From contig NC_134471.1 of the NCBI RefSeq assembly GCF_964194025.1, positions 53,568,001 to 53,632,000 of the forward strand: 64,000 bases of DNA, written 5' to 3'. Shown piece after piece: positions 37,551-50,312 of the stretch; position 1 is the first letter of the stretch, and every line of letters begins with the position of its first letter. The position numbers and the translations under genes were made by a program. Source of the DNA: Convolutriloba macropyga (lineage: Eukaryota). The notes beneath the pieces are model-generated. The model was given only the letters and a program-made list of their open reading frames with translations. It was not told where the DNA came from and did no database searches.

Positions 37551-40500
37551 ATGGGTAACGATATCTACATAGTAGAAGAACTTTTAAAGAAGCGGTCTAG
37601 AAAGGGTAAAACTGAGTATCTGGTCAAATGGGTGGGGTGGGACGACAAACACAACAGCTGGGAGCCAAAATCAAATATCCTCGACAAAAATCTCATCGCA
37701 GAATACGAGGCAGAGTTGAACGTCCCAAGTGCAAAATCTAAAAGCGCCACCAATCAAAACTCAACGAAACTTTCAGTTCCCAGTTTATCATCATCTCTGC
37801 AGAGGAACTCAGTATCGTCCAGCAGTGTTTCCAGTTCCACGCCTAGGAGTCAGAACTTGAGTTCTCTGACCAGTTCTGTGTCACAGACAAGCAGTGCCAG
37901 TGACTACCTCCCTAGCACGGTATGCTACATTTGAAATGAACTGGTATTTAGATCGCTATACGGAGTTTGAAGCAGTCATCGCAGTCTGTATCTATTCATG
38001 CAACATTTTTGCTTGACTGTTTCTAGAATAGTCTTTCGCCCGCTTGAGCGATTAGAATTTTTCAGAGACTTCTTCCCGCTTGACTGCTTAATAATTTCGT
38101 GATCTATCATGTGGAATTTTGAGTAGTTGAGCTCAATTGGTGGCAAGTTACTATTAAACTTCTAATGAAACCACCACTATTGGTTTTACTTTTTTGCTCC
38201 AAATCTTGCTAGTGGTGTAAATATAAAATAAGCTCTGATGACACCATTTAAACCTCGTTAGTGATTTTATCCCGACTAATAATCTTGCTGAATTAAATTG
38301 AGCCCTGGCCTGTGTTTCGAGAGGAAGTCTTCGGAGGTTCGACGGTTTGTTTTTCTGATTCTGAAGTTTTGAATAAATGGTTGGGATTGTTTTTCTAGAC
38401 CCTGAGCGGTTTTTGTTGCTCAGAACAGACAAGGATAAAAATTTTATTATAAAAATGTATTATCAAAAATTAAATTATATAAATTAGTATTGAATTAAAA
38501 TTTTGCTCGAAAACAAAGTTGAAATTTCATATTTTTAAAAAAATTTCCTAGGATTCACAGGACAAAAACTGAAATACATTTTTGAAAAAATTTCATGCCC
38601 TCTGTTTTTTCTCCTATTTTAGATTTTTTTTGTTGTCATTCAATATGCTTCCGATATAACCAAAACAGAGAACTTTAAAAAAAAACATTGGAATCGCCAA
38701 AATTTGAACAGATGCAAAATTTTCTTAAAACTTAGTTTTTCCTTTTCTTTGAACTCTTGTATATAATTTTAAAACTATATCAAACCCCGTAAAACCCCCT
38801 GCAGCCGTATCAAAATGGGCAACTGTGATAATCCTGAAGTGCAAAAGAAATGTAGAAAAGGATGAATAAAGGGAAAAAAATCTTTTTTTGCTGGTTTTCC
38901 GTGCTCTTGAACCAACTATTTCCTGCGCAAACAAGATCTGCTATTTTATTTTGTTTGGTCCAAAGCAAATGTATAAGAACATTATCACAAGGTTTTTGAA
39001 TCACAAGAAAAAAATTACGTTTTTATTTAAAACCTATTTTGCAAATTTCTGCGGTCAGTTACTCTCAACCTATTATTTTTGATGTTTCCTAGCTATTTGA
39101 CCAAATATGGGAGACCAAAACATCTGTTGATTGTTCATGATGCTTCTAGTGAATTGCAAAATAAGTTCTCTATTGGCCTTTAGGTGAATACCAATTTCAT
39201 TCAACAGTAGATTTGAAGAAGATTTGATATAAAATATGCAGAATCTCAAATCAGACAAATCTCAAATCAGGAAATTAGGAAAGGTGAAAATAATGTTTTT
39301 CGTGCATATTTTTGAGCAAAAATAACCATTGCCTTTGCCGCCTGCCTCCTCGTTTTTAGGGATTAAATGTGACAGTACAACTACACAAGTATTGTTTCAA
39401 TGGACATTCAAAACCACAAAGAAAACGGAACAAGGAGAAGTTTTTCAAATACCTTGACCTAAAATTACTTTAATACTCTTGGTGTCCTACCTTTCCTGTC
39501 ATATAGATTAGCGGTATGATCGAGCTCAAATTCTATTGAAGTATGTTTTTTTTATCTTTTCACTTAAACTGTGAAATGTCTTTTCGCATTTGATAAACAA
39601 GAAGGCTCGGGAGTGTGCGTTCGCACATGATGTTCCGACCCCGCCGATCCACGTTTTGATTTATTAGTCTACCAAATGAGGAAGAGAAAGAAAAGATTCA
39701 AAAACTCATATCTTTCAGCAAACAATTAAAGCTGGATTAGATAGCCGATGAGACTTGCCATCAACGAGAGCACTTGACGAGAGGCACCCAAAAACAAATA
39801 CTAGCAAACATTAATTGAGACCAATACTCGATGAATATATTTAAAAAACAGAAAATTACAAAATGAAGAAAGAATCCGATAAAACCAGTTCTAAACAAAT
39901 CAACCTGTACTTCATTAGATGTCCATTGGATCAGATATAAGACCTCTCAATAATGCGACTCGGTGACAGGCCGACGATAAAGACCAAAAAGGACAAAGTT
40001 CAAAAATACTATTCTCTTTTTTGAAAACAACCAATTTCAAATTGGTTGAAACGAAACCACTTCGTATCACCTCGGCTCATAAGGAAGGCTTTTTAATGAG
40101 TGAAGCAATTGAGACTTGTCGTTATCCGTATTAAGTTGGACGACTGCAAAACTCATTGGGCCAACCTATTAGTGTACCAAAGAAACTCAGAATGAGCGAT
40201 TATCAAAAATCACACATTTTTTAAAATAAAAATGCGTAGTACCAAACCCAAGAAACCATTGGTTTAAAATAAAACTATAATAAAGATTGGATCTTTGTTT
40301 ACTGGAAAGAGGATGCGACCTGTCGTTACAGGGCCAAGCTACAAAATTGAAAGAAATAGTATAAAAGTGACAAAGCTCAAAAATCAACTGATTTTTTTAA
40401 AAGAAATATTTTCAAAAGTTCCAGCAAACCACAAGCTGTGAACTTTAAACAACAAGAGATCGATTTGCAACTGATCGGGAATCCATTTCTGCTGGTTATT

Positions 40501-43500
40501 TTTGTAGCCAAATCTTAGAACGACAAAAAACAGCAAACACGGATCAACTAGAAATTTCACAAACAATTTATTGAGGCCACAGTTTTGAAGTCATTATATC
40601 TATAATACATTAAAAAAATCATTGAAAAATTTAAACTGACAAAAGCTATTAAATGATTTGATTCAGACCCTTTTGACTTTAACTGGGTAAAGCGCCTTTG
40701 TGAAAAAGACAACAAAATGAACCACAAGTACTGACCAGTTTTGAAAACAAAATTTTTATGAAAACACATTTTTAAGCTCTATATACATCTGCCAAAACAT
40801 AACCAACAGCAGAAATATTGTTCAGAGCAACAGAAAGTTGATGAGTTCTGCCAAAAATAAGACTTACTTACTTGTTGGCGACAAAGATAACAAAAAATGG
40901 AAATAGCAAAAATGTTTTCTTCAAAGAAAACAATTGGAAGTCTTTAAAACCTTTAACTAAACTAAAATGAAGAAAAAGATTCAGTTAAAGAATCGTGGAA
41001 GCGTTCAAAATCATTGTGAAAATACCAAACGACAACAAGAAGAACAACATTTAGAGACAAAAACAAATAAAAATCCTAAAAAATTTTGTGAGTTAACGGA
41101 TACGCAGCCTTTAAAACGGTAGACTATTAACTGAAGTCCTTGAACAGGTTCTTTTGCGCATTTCTTCAATGCCATTGGAACTATCCTCACTGTGATAAGT
41201 TGGAAAGAACAAATAATAACCCCAGATACAGGAAAAGATGCGAAAACTGGGAGAAACAACATTATTTTTAAAAAATTAATTGAAAGTCATTAAAACTTTT
41301 AGCTCTAATCCAAAATCAAAAATAGATTCATTTAAATTCATTTAAACGTCTATGTTAACAGTTAAGGCTTTTGATTGACAGCGATATGCCGTATGAAAGC
41401 TAAAAGAACCACAATTATGGGCAAAGACACAAATCCAGGAAGTTCTGAGAGAACGGCTTCGCAGTGTTTAAAACTATCAGCTATTCACAGAAGTCATTAG
41501 AAATAATTTTTTTGCTTTTTTTCAATGCCAATTGGAGCTATAATTAAAATAATTAGTTGAAAAGGGAATAAATAACTACCTCAAATACAGGAAAACATTA
41601 AAACCGTAAAACTATTAACATTGTTTCTAAAAACTTTAATAAGTTTTAGTAAAATTAACGCAAATTTGGTCAAAAATTACGGATAATGTGATTAAAAACA
41701 ACGGAATTCACTCTACTTTTCTTAAAAGTTTAAACCTCGATAACTCCCCGTAAAATACGAAAATCAAAAAATCTTTTTAATTTCATACTCTACGCTGGAC
41801 GAGCTTTCTAATGATACCAGTCTGAACTCTCTACGATGAATATATCGATCGGCCAAAATTGTCTGAACAAAAAACCCATTTTAGTATATAGTTCCTCCCC
41901 CCACATGTGGGTCGGAACAATAATAATCAAGTTAATTTCAGTGAAGTTGAAACTCATTTTTTAAAAAATACTATTTTAATACAACTAAAATTATTGAATC
42001 TTCAATTTTCAGAATTCTTCAGCATAAATCAATTGATATACAACAACGTCAGTATTTGAGTGAGTAAATTGTACAAAAGTCGCCATAATTTTTGTCCCCT
42101 TTGTTATGCGAAAGAAGAAAGGAAAGAAGGTTTTGTTTGTTTTGATTTAATTTTTAAAAAGTTCCCGAAGTAAGAAATTGTCCTAGTAAAGGATACCTGA
42201 TGCCTTATATATTAAAAACGTGATATAAAACTCTTGTCAAAGAGACGTAATTAAACATAATCATCAGCTTTTCTGGTTATTTATTATTGATTAAAATTCT
42301 TTTATAAACCTTTTCAACATGATCTCGACTCAATCATCAATCTGCCGCATAAACTTTTTCAACTTTTTGTTTCCTCTTTTTGAGTTCTTGAGCTAATTAT
42401 ATCCAGTCACTTATTTGTCTGATATTTCTAGTATGCCAACTGATTGTGTCAGTTTATTGCAAGTAGAGGTCACATCGTGTTTCGCGTTGTTGACTATGCT
42501 GCATATTTGAAAAGAAGTTTTTCCTTTTGCGCAATTATGTCAAAAGTTGAAATTCTCATTTGAAAAATATTCAGTTGAAAAATTTTGCATTTAGTAATAG
42601 TTTTAAATTAAATATTAAACAAAACTATTGACCATAAAAACCTTGAATGAAAGTGTGTTTCCCCAGTGACCAGGTTATGCTTTAAATGCCATTTTAGAAG
42701 TAAAAGGTCTGTTGGCTACCCATAACTAAAGTTGGTGATCAAATCCTTTTCAAGATGGTTTGGAAAACTTTAAATGTTATTTGGGTACATTTAAAATTTG
42801 GTACAAGCAAGTTTGTTGCGCTAGTTAACAATTATCCAAAATCCATTAACAATGAGAGTCAGTAATGTGCGTTAGCACATAACGCTCCGACCCCGCTCAA
42901 CCAAGCTTTTGACTTAATTGTCCACCAAATGGGGAAGAGATAGAAAACTTTTTAAAAATCACTCATTGTTCGAAGACAATTGGTGCATCCAAATCGCTTT
43001 AAGCTCTAACCACCATACAAATGAGACAATAACTCATTAGAGGGCCGATGATACCTGCCATTAAGCAAAAGAAAGAAATTCACAGGAAAGCCATTAGCTA
43101 TCATCTGAAATCATTCAATGGTTTTATACCTTCATATTGAGACCTGTCATTATCCAAAAATCATACAATTACAAAAAGGACAAATACAGGCAAACATCTA
43201 AAAGTCACTTCAGTTTTGCAAGTAAAGGGTGTCGAAGCCTATAAGATTAACATCTATTTACTAAAAAATATTGGATTTATTGCGCCCTATTTCCGCGTCC
43301 TTAATGTGATAGGCGACTTGTCGTTATTATGCCATTGATGTTATTAGTGGACAAGGCAGCAAAAGAGAACCTCAAAATTTTGGAAAATTTCAGAAAACAA
43401 TGAAAACTTGTATTAACAACAAAAAAACTTTATTTAACTAAAAAAAAAAACAGCAAGACTACGTCATGATTCACTTGTGAAAGAATGCGACCTTTCTTTG

Positions 43501-45470
43501 CTGAGACTACGCTGAAAAATAGAAGAAAAAGATTGAAAAAGATGGAAAATGTCTTTAAAAACAATTTTTTTAAAAGCGCTAGGCATAACCATAACCTTTA
43601 AAATGGTAAATAATTTAGCTTGATGGGGCTATTTGTAAATGTGGATAGTGAGACTAAGTCAAAAGACTAGACATTAACACAATACAGACAGAACTCAAAA
43701 TTTCACGTACAAATTTATGCAAATGGTGTTGAAGCCAACAAATATGCCTTGCTTTGCGCTGAAATTATTTTGTGTGTTCATTTGCCTCTCTTAGCACCTA
43801 ATTTTGAGCTGTCAATAATTGAGGTCTGATTTTAAGTCAATCTGGTGTGTAACTAACATAAAAAGGCAAAAGTATTTCATTAAAATATACAGCGGCCATT
43901 ACAATCCCATCATTAATTTTTGAACTATTAAGTTCCATAACTTGACCAAAACGGGTCCTGCTCTTACTGCTTCGCCCTTGCAACGAAAAGTTTTTACCGA
44001 AATAGCTAATTTGATCAAAAAGTCACTATATCAAAAATAAATTTTGAATTTCGGATACTTTTATTACATTAGAGTTATATTAGCAAAAACAATTAAATCT
44101 ATCAACTAAAAGGAAATAGCAGAAATCAACGATGCTACAAAAACTGGCCTAAAAATTGCGTAACGAAAATCTTAATATATCAAAAATAAACTTTGCTTTT
44201 TAAATAAATATCGGTTTAAATTAACGAAAGACCTCAAAATTGCTATTCCCAAAATATTTTCTTAGGAACCAGATGTAGAATTAGCCCATATCTAAATAAA
44301 GATTGTATCAGCAGTTTTCTTGCGTGCGCCACCGGTCAAACTTGATAAAGTGGAAGAAATAGGCATATCTGATGCCATTTTTATGAAAACAAATATGAAT
44401 TTTCAATAATTTAGCTGAAAATTATCCCAAACAGTTGGTTCAAACTATTCATCAATTCTTTTCTATCTTTAAACGTAAAATCAATGCGACTATCGTTAAC
44501 ATTTTTAATATAGTTAGCAAAAATTGATAGAAGTTTAAGCAAAAATTACCAAAAATGTGAAAAAAAACAACGCAAGTCAGGCTCAAACGTTCACATTTCT
44601 TCAAACCTCCGTAACTCCTCGGAAAAAAGCAAAATTCGAATCGCTTGTTTGAAATTCTACGCTTGACAGGCTTTCGAATGATACCACTCACAATCAGGTA
44701 CGATGAATATATTGATTGGCGAAGATTGACTGATCAAAAATAATCAGTTGAGTATATAGTTCCTCCCCGACTAAAGTGGGTCGGCACAACAAGACCTCTG
44801 AAATTTATTAATACGTAATTAATTTATGCCTGCAACTGGCTGCTTATCGAAATGAATAATTTTAGAGCAAACGTTAAATGGATCGTCCTTTGAATTTACG
44901 TCACACGGGATTTCGGGCTATTCCTCCATAACCATAGCATAATAACAATTTACAAAAATAATGTTGCTGCGAAGGTGAAATTTTTGCTTCACTTACAGCC
45001 GTCTACGGACAATTTTTCGGTCAAACTCTATTAGGATAGTCAAAATTTACTTTTTGATAGATTTTCAGGGTCCTCGTGCATTTTAGCTTGCTGTTTGTCC
45101 ATCACTTATAATGTTACAGGGAGTAAATCGGAAGCGCAAGTTCGAAATCGGAGAATCACCTGAAAACGAAAAACTCATTCAGAACTTTCCTTCAAGTAAA
45201 AGTTCAACCGGCAGTTTTTCATTGCATGGCTCGGCAACAGTATCACCCAATCAATTCCCAAATGAAGTGGACGAAATTGAAATTGGGCAAAAAGACCCGA
45301 AACGTGCTACTAGGAAAATTCAGGGAGCTGCAAAGAGATCCAGAGTTTACCCAAACTACTTTGACCAGAAAAATGTATTCGTGACTGAAGTTACTGCTCA
45401 CAATTTCACGGTGCTAATTGCAGAAAGCAAAACACCAGAAGGATTTTTTGACAACTACCCTCCGAACTGA
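37551..45470 (+). CDS. Pc: Polycomb/chromobox (Pc/CBX) protein: N-terminal chromodomain and C-terminal Pc-box
   Basis: Exon 37551-37919 encodes the chromodomain [41 protein letters not shown] with the aromatic cage Y/W/W intact. It splices in phase 0 (ACG|GTATGC ... TTACAG|GGA) to 45120-45470, which encodes RKRKF and the Pc-box [26 protein letters not shown]. About 239 aa; additional small exons inside the 7.2-kb intron cannot be excluded. Confidence 0.85.
39595..41921 (-). mobile_element. DINE-1/HINE-like element, family C, copy 1
   Basis: One end reads AAACAAG..TGTGCG-TT-CGCACA..GTTCCGACCCC; the other reads AGTTCCTCCCCC..GGGTCGGAACAA (subTIR plus foldback). Confidence 0.75.
42848..44792 (-). 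mobile_element. DINE-1/HINE-like element, family C, copy 2
   Basis: AACAATG..ATGTGCGTTAGCACAT..GCTCCGACCCC at 42848-42894; AGTTCCTCCCC..GGGTCGGCACAA at 44757-44790. Confidence 0.7.
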
Positions 45471-47559
45471 ACAAACTGTTGCTACAAACATCTAGTGAAA
45501 GCTTAAGTCTTAATAAAGACTGTTGCAATTCTATCTACCAGTCTTCGAATCAGGGCATTGATTTCTTGATGCAAATTGCTCAAAACAACCAGATTATAGT
45601 TTTATATGATGGATTTAAAATGATCAGAGAAAAAATTCGTAAATGCTGTGACAGAAATCGGTTAACTTGAAATTTGACCCTACCAGCCTGTAGATTAATA
45701 TCGTTTTATGCATTAGCGCAAAATTCTTTCCATGATTCACTTTGGTGCAATACAGTTATGATGTCGTAGCTTCTATGATTTATTTGTCGCCATTTTCGAT
45801 CACTAGTTTTCAGATTATTTTGTGTATATTCTTACATTTTCGACTCTTAATTCCGTCTTATTCGTGTACTTTCTATGGTGCAAAATAGTCTCCTTGTTGC
45901 TATAAATAAGCTAATTATTTATTTTTTGACTCAGTCAGATAACAAATTAGAAATGTAGAGCTTATCATTGTTTTTGCTAGTAAGAAGAGAAGGTTTCAAC
46001 TTAGTTTTTATATTAATGAATTTGTGTTCTTTTTTACTGTTTTCTGTATGTTGGGAGAATTGCTCTCAAATGAGGGTGGACGACTGCACAAAAAGACTAT
46101 ACAAGTTTAGTAAAAACTCATTAGAACTCATTTGTTGTCACGCAAATTCAGTTATAAAAAATTTGAAACCTAAAAAATCAAGAAGTCAGGCATGAATGAG
46201 TCACACCAATCAGACAAAAATTCGCCGGACAAGAAAAAAATCCAATTAATCAATTTAAAATTTGTTCTGAACCAAATTAAGACCTCAACTAAAAGATCTG
46301 GCTGAGATAGACTTGAATAGAGCAATAAACAAAACTAGCAGTTCTTAAGACATGGCACAATTAATTTGCTAATGTTTTCCGTGTGTATGATAGACTCTTA
46401 GTTCATTGTTCCATTTTTTCAAAAAGGGGGAATGTGTATGCGAGGATGGCTTTTTCTTCAGTCAAATTTTCACTTCTTTACGCATCGTAGAGGAAAAAGA
46501 AAGACACCATTGTGCAGCACTCAGAATCTAAGATGGAAAGAAACGAAAAATGTTGTAGTTAATTTCAGTTACTTTAAATGGAGATTTTTCAATAATTGAT
46601 TACAGTTTCGAGCCTAAAAATTAACAAGTTAAACAATACGACCAAAAAAGATGAATATTTTTGTTTATTTCTCCAAGTTGTGTTGAGAAAAACAATTCTA
46701 TCCGTCTTCTGCTGGTTAAAACTATTAAACGAAGCATTTTTTCTCTGTAGCAATTTTTTTGGGAATTGAAGACTTCAAGCAATTTTGAGCTCTCAAAATT
46801 GATTAAAAAACATTAAAAATTTTAAACTAAAAGCGGAAAAACGTATTATTCTAAATTCTAGTTCTTTTTGCAAAAAAATCTTATTTACTCGGAATTAACC
46901 ATTTGAGTATTTTCAAATATTTGAAAACGTAAAAAACAAATCAACTCTTTTAATTGTATTCTTTATGATGTCAGAGCAGATTGTTCGAACTAATCTTCAT
47001 GAAATCCAGATGATTTTGAAAGTTAGAGAGTTAATGGATTGTCAGTTTGAAAAACTTAATACATGTTCAGAGTTTTTCTGAAATTGAGAAAATTATATTT
47101 CACTTGTCTGCATTCTGAAATTGCTCTTCGAACTAATTTTTTCCAGACTTTGGGTGTTTCCGTAAATTCAAAACTAAACCTTTCGCTGATTGCGAAACTC
47201 CTTGTACAAAAAACAAAAACTTCTTTCAAAAGAAGAACGAACTTTAAATTCACTGATAAACAATGTTCCTCAAAACCTACTAAATAGGAGGCTTTACGAA
47301 CAGCTTTCAGCTGTCCTTTACATAGTGAAAACAAAAAGAGGCGGAGAGCAAAAGTGCCAGAATTAAAAAGTTAGAAAATTACTTAGAAAATTTTGCTGAA
47401 CATTGCGGTTTTTAAAATACTAGGAATGAAAACTCCTTTTCTTACATCTAGCTTTCAACTCGTCTGCTTAGCTTTTAAGAAAACGAATGGGCCGGTTATG
47501 ATGAAAATTCAAATATAGCAAAATATTTCGCAATAATTCAAAAAAATCATTTTGATTTT

Positions 47560-48605
47560 AGTGTCAATTTTACTATTACCGATACAAATACTCCAAGAAG
47601 TCCACACCTTGTTTGTCAGATAAAAACACATTAATCAAGACTCAAATGAACAGTGACGAACTTTGCCTAAATATCACACGCCAGAATTAAAATTTTTAAT
47701 TTTTTGTTGGGTTAGCGAGGTTTGTTTTTGTTTGTCTGTGCGTGCGCGCCTGTGTCGGTGTATGTATGGGTGTGCTTATTTTCAATGCGTTTGGTATGTG
47801 TTGTGTGAGAGAGAAAGAGTGAGATATACAAATAGAGGGAGAGTGACACAAATAGAGGCAGAGAGCAAACACGGGTAGAAAAAAGTAAAACTTACGTATT
47901 TGTTGCAAAATGCGGATTTAAATATGCCCAATGCCAAGCCCGTGTGTTTTTCTTGCTGATAACACTTCTGCGAGGTTTTGAAATTTTAATAGTTCCCTTA
48001 TGCTCATGAAACATTAAAAAAATGACAAAAACAAAAACCTTAAAGTTCATTTCAGTTTAACTATTACCAATACGTTTGCCAAAAGAAATCCAAACCTAGT
48101 TTTCCAGAAAAAACAAGCGAGCCAAATATAACCGGTGACGATGTCTGAGTAATGATTAGATGCCAAAATGAAAAAGAAAAAGATTTCTTGGTGGTGGGTT
48201 TGCTTGTGTGCGCGCGCTTGTGTGTTTATTTTCGGGTTTGAGTTTTTTTGTGTGGTTTGTGTGTATGAAGGGGGGGAAAAAGAGAAAGTTAGTGTGAAAG
48301 AAGTACTGCTTTAAAATAGTAAGACACAATTAGAGGCAGAAAGGAGAAACTGTCAGAAAGAAAATAAATAGAAAAACTACATAATATTTGCTACCAATTG
48401 CGGCTAAAAATGTGCAATACCGAAACTGTTTTCAAATTTCGCTGATAACACTTCTGCGAGATTTGGAAACTTTCATTGTCCCGTTGTGCTCATGAATTAT
48501 GAAAATTGAAAAAAGAATTCTAAAAATTTTAAAATGTTACGTTTCAACGTTTAGTGTTACCGATACAGAACAAAACAAAGAAGACCTAAATGAACAGTGA
48601 CGAAC
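47560..48605. repeat. Diverged tandem repeat, ~490-bp unit, about 2 copies plus a partial
   Basis: TTACCGATAC-like motif at ~47576, ~48064, ~48557; GCTGATAACACTTCTGCGAG at ~47955 and ~48442; AAATGAACAGTGACGAAC at 47644 and 48588. Confidence 0.75.
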
Positions 48606-50312
48606 CATGAGTAGTGGCCGATTGACCAAAACAACAATTAAAAAATGTTTCCTTTTGTTAAAAAATGTTAAGCAAACAGTACAAGTAATTCTCTTCAATG
48701 CAAATAAGTTGCCTTCGGATACTCCCAACGGTTTCTCTGGTAGAATTTAAAAGTTGTTTTTGCAAAATTGAGAGATATGTTGGAACAATCTGTGCTGCGC
48801 ACAGACTCGTGCGAGCCGTCTTGTGTGATATTGTTGATTTTTTAAACTGATAGCCGCAACTTCGATGGAAGAAAAATATTATTGGTGATACTTTTCTATC
48901 TGTTCAAAGGTAGTTTTTAATTGTCAGAAGTGTTTACTCGAGCGTTCGCCTTTCAATCGATGCTCTTTTATTGGGCTGACACTTGGAAAGTTCATTTTTC
49001 TAAAGATGCAGTGGTTCAGTTTCGAATTGTTAGGTGTAATTTACAAAGGCTCCTTTTACTGAGCTTTGTGATAAAATTCTGTTCCCTTACTAAAATGGTG
49101 TTAGCTTTGATTCAATATATTTTCCTCTCCGGCCTCAATTATATTTGCATTTGATTCCTAGCATGGCGTGTTTTATCACTGGAATTGTTTGCTTGGTTTC
49201 ATGCATCAAAACGAATTTTTGTTTTCTATTTATCCAATTGAAATCAAGCCCTGAATATTTCGGTGCTTAGTATTTCAAAAGAATTGTTTTTACCATGATC
49301 GTTCTAACGGTCGCGCTGATTAACTACATATTATTAAAAAAAATTCTCGTCGGGTTCACACAGATTACAAAGTAAGTTCATTGGAGGTAATCATTTTTTG
49401 TACAGTAAATTCCTAATTGTTCAGTAAATTCCTAAATTAGTCATGCGGTCCGTTTTAATGCGATTTTTTGCTTAGCCGATTTCCTGTTTTCTTGAAATAT
49501 GACTGTTTTCTGAATGTCAAGCAAGTGTTGTTTCCCAAACTGACCATACAAAGTATTTGGATCGAAACTTTTGTTTGTTTGTTTGTTAGGACCAAAATTT
49601 TTGTTCCTACGAAGAAGCCATTGGGCAAATCAATTGAATTAAGAATGCTCGGTGGCAAAACGTCAGCTATGAGGCTGATAATTCAACAGAACGGGTGATT
49701 TTTTTCAGGCCATTTCTGAGTCACAATAATTTTCAATGCTCACCGTCTGAGAAGACGCTAAAGGTTACGTTAAAGCTGCTTTGCCTGCCGTTAAAGGTGT
49801 TTGCTGAAGGGAAGTTTTTATTTAGACGGTGAGCTCGATTTCATAAACTAGAAAAAATTCATCATAAATTTACCTTTTAATCCAAACAGTGCAAGCTTAA
49901 AACTTTCATCCTTAACGAAGGACCATGAACAAGAAATGGGGAATTCACATATATTAAAAGCTAGACTTAATCAGCTGTTTTGTATGCACAGCTGTATAAA
50001 CGGTTAATAATTAATAAATTTCCACAACAGTTGGAAAATATGCCATACACGTATCCACCAATTCCATAATTTTCCACATCATTTTGTTCTCTACTGGAAA
50101 CTTCCTTGTCATACTATATTCCAACCATACCAGATCAGTTCAGAATTGGGTCATCAATTCATCACTATTAAAGGCGCGAACGAGTTGTCCGAGGTATAAG
50201 TAAATTATACAAAGTCCGATAATTTGGGATTTGAATCGGTATCTCAGCGCACAAAACTGAATTTATCAGTCAAGGGTTTACCGCGGAACGGCAATTAATC
50301 GGTGGTAATAAA

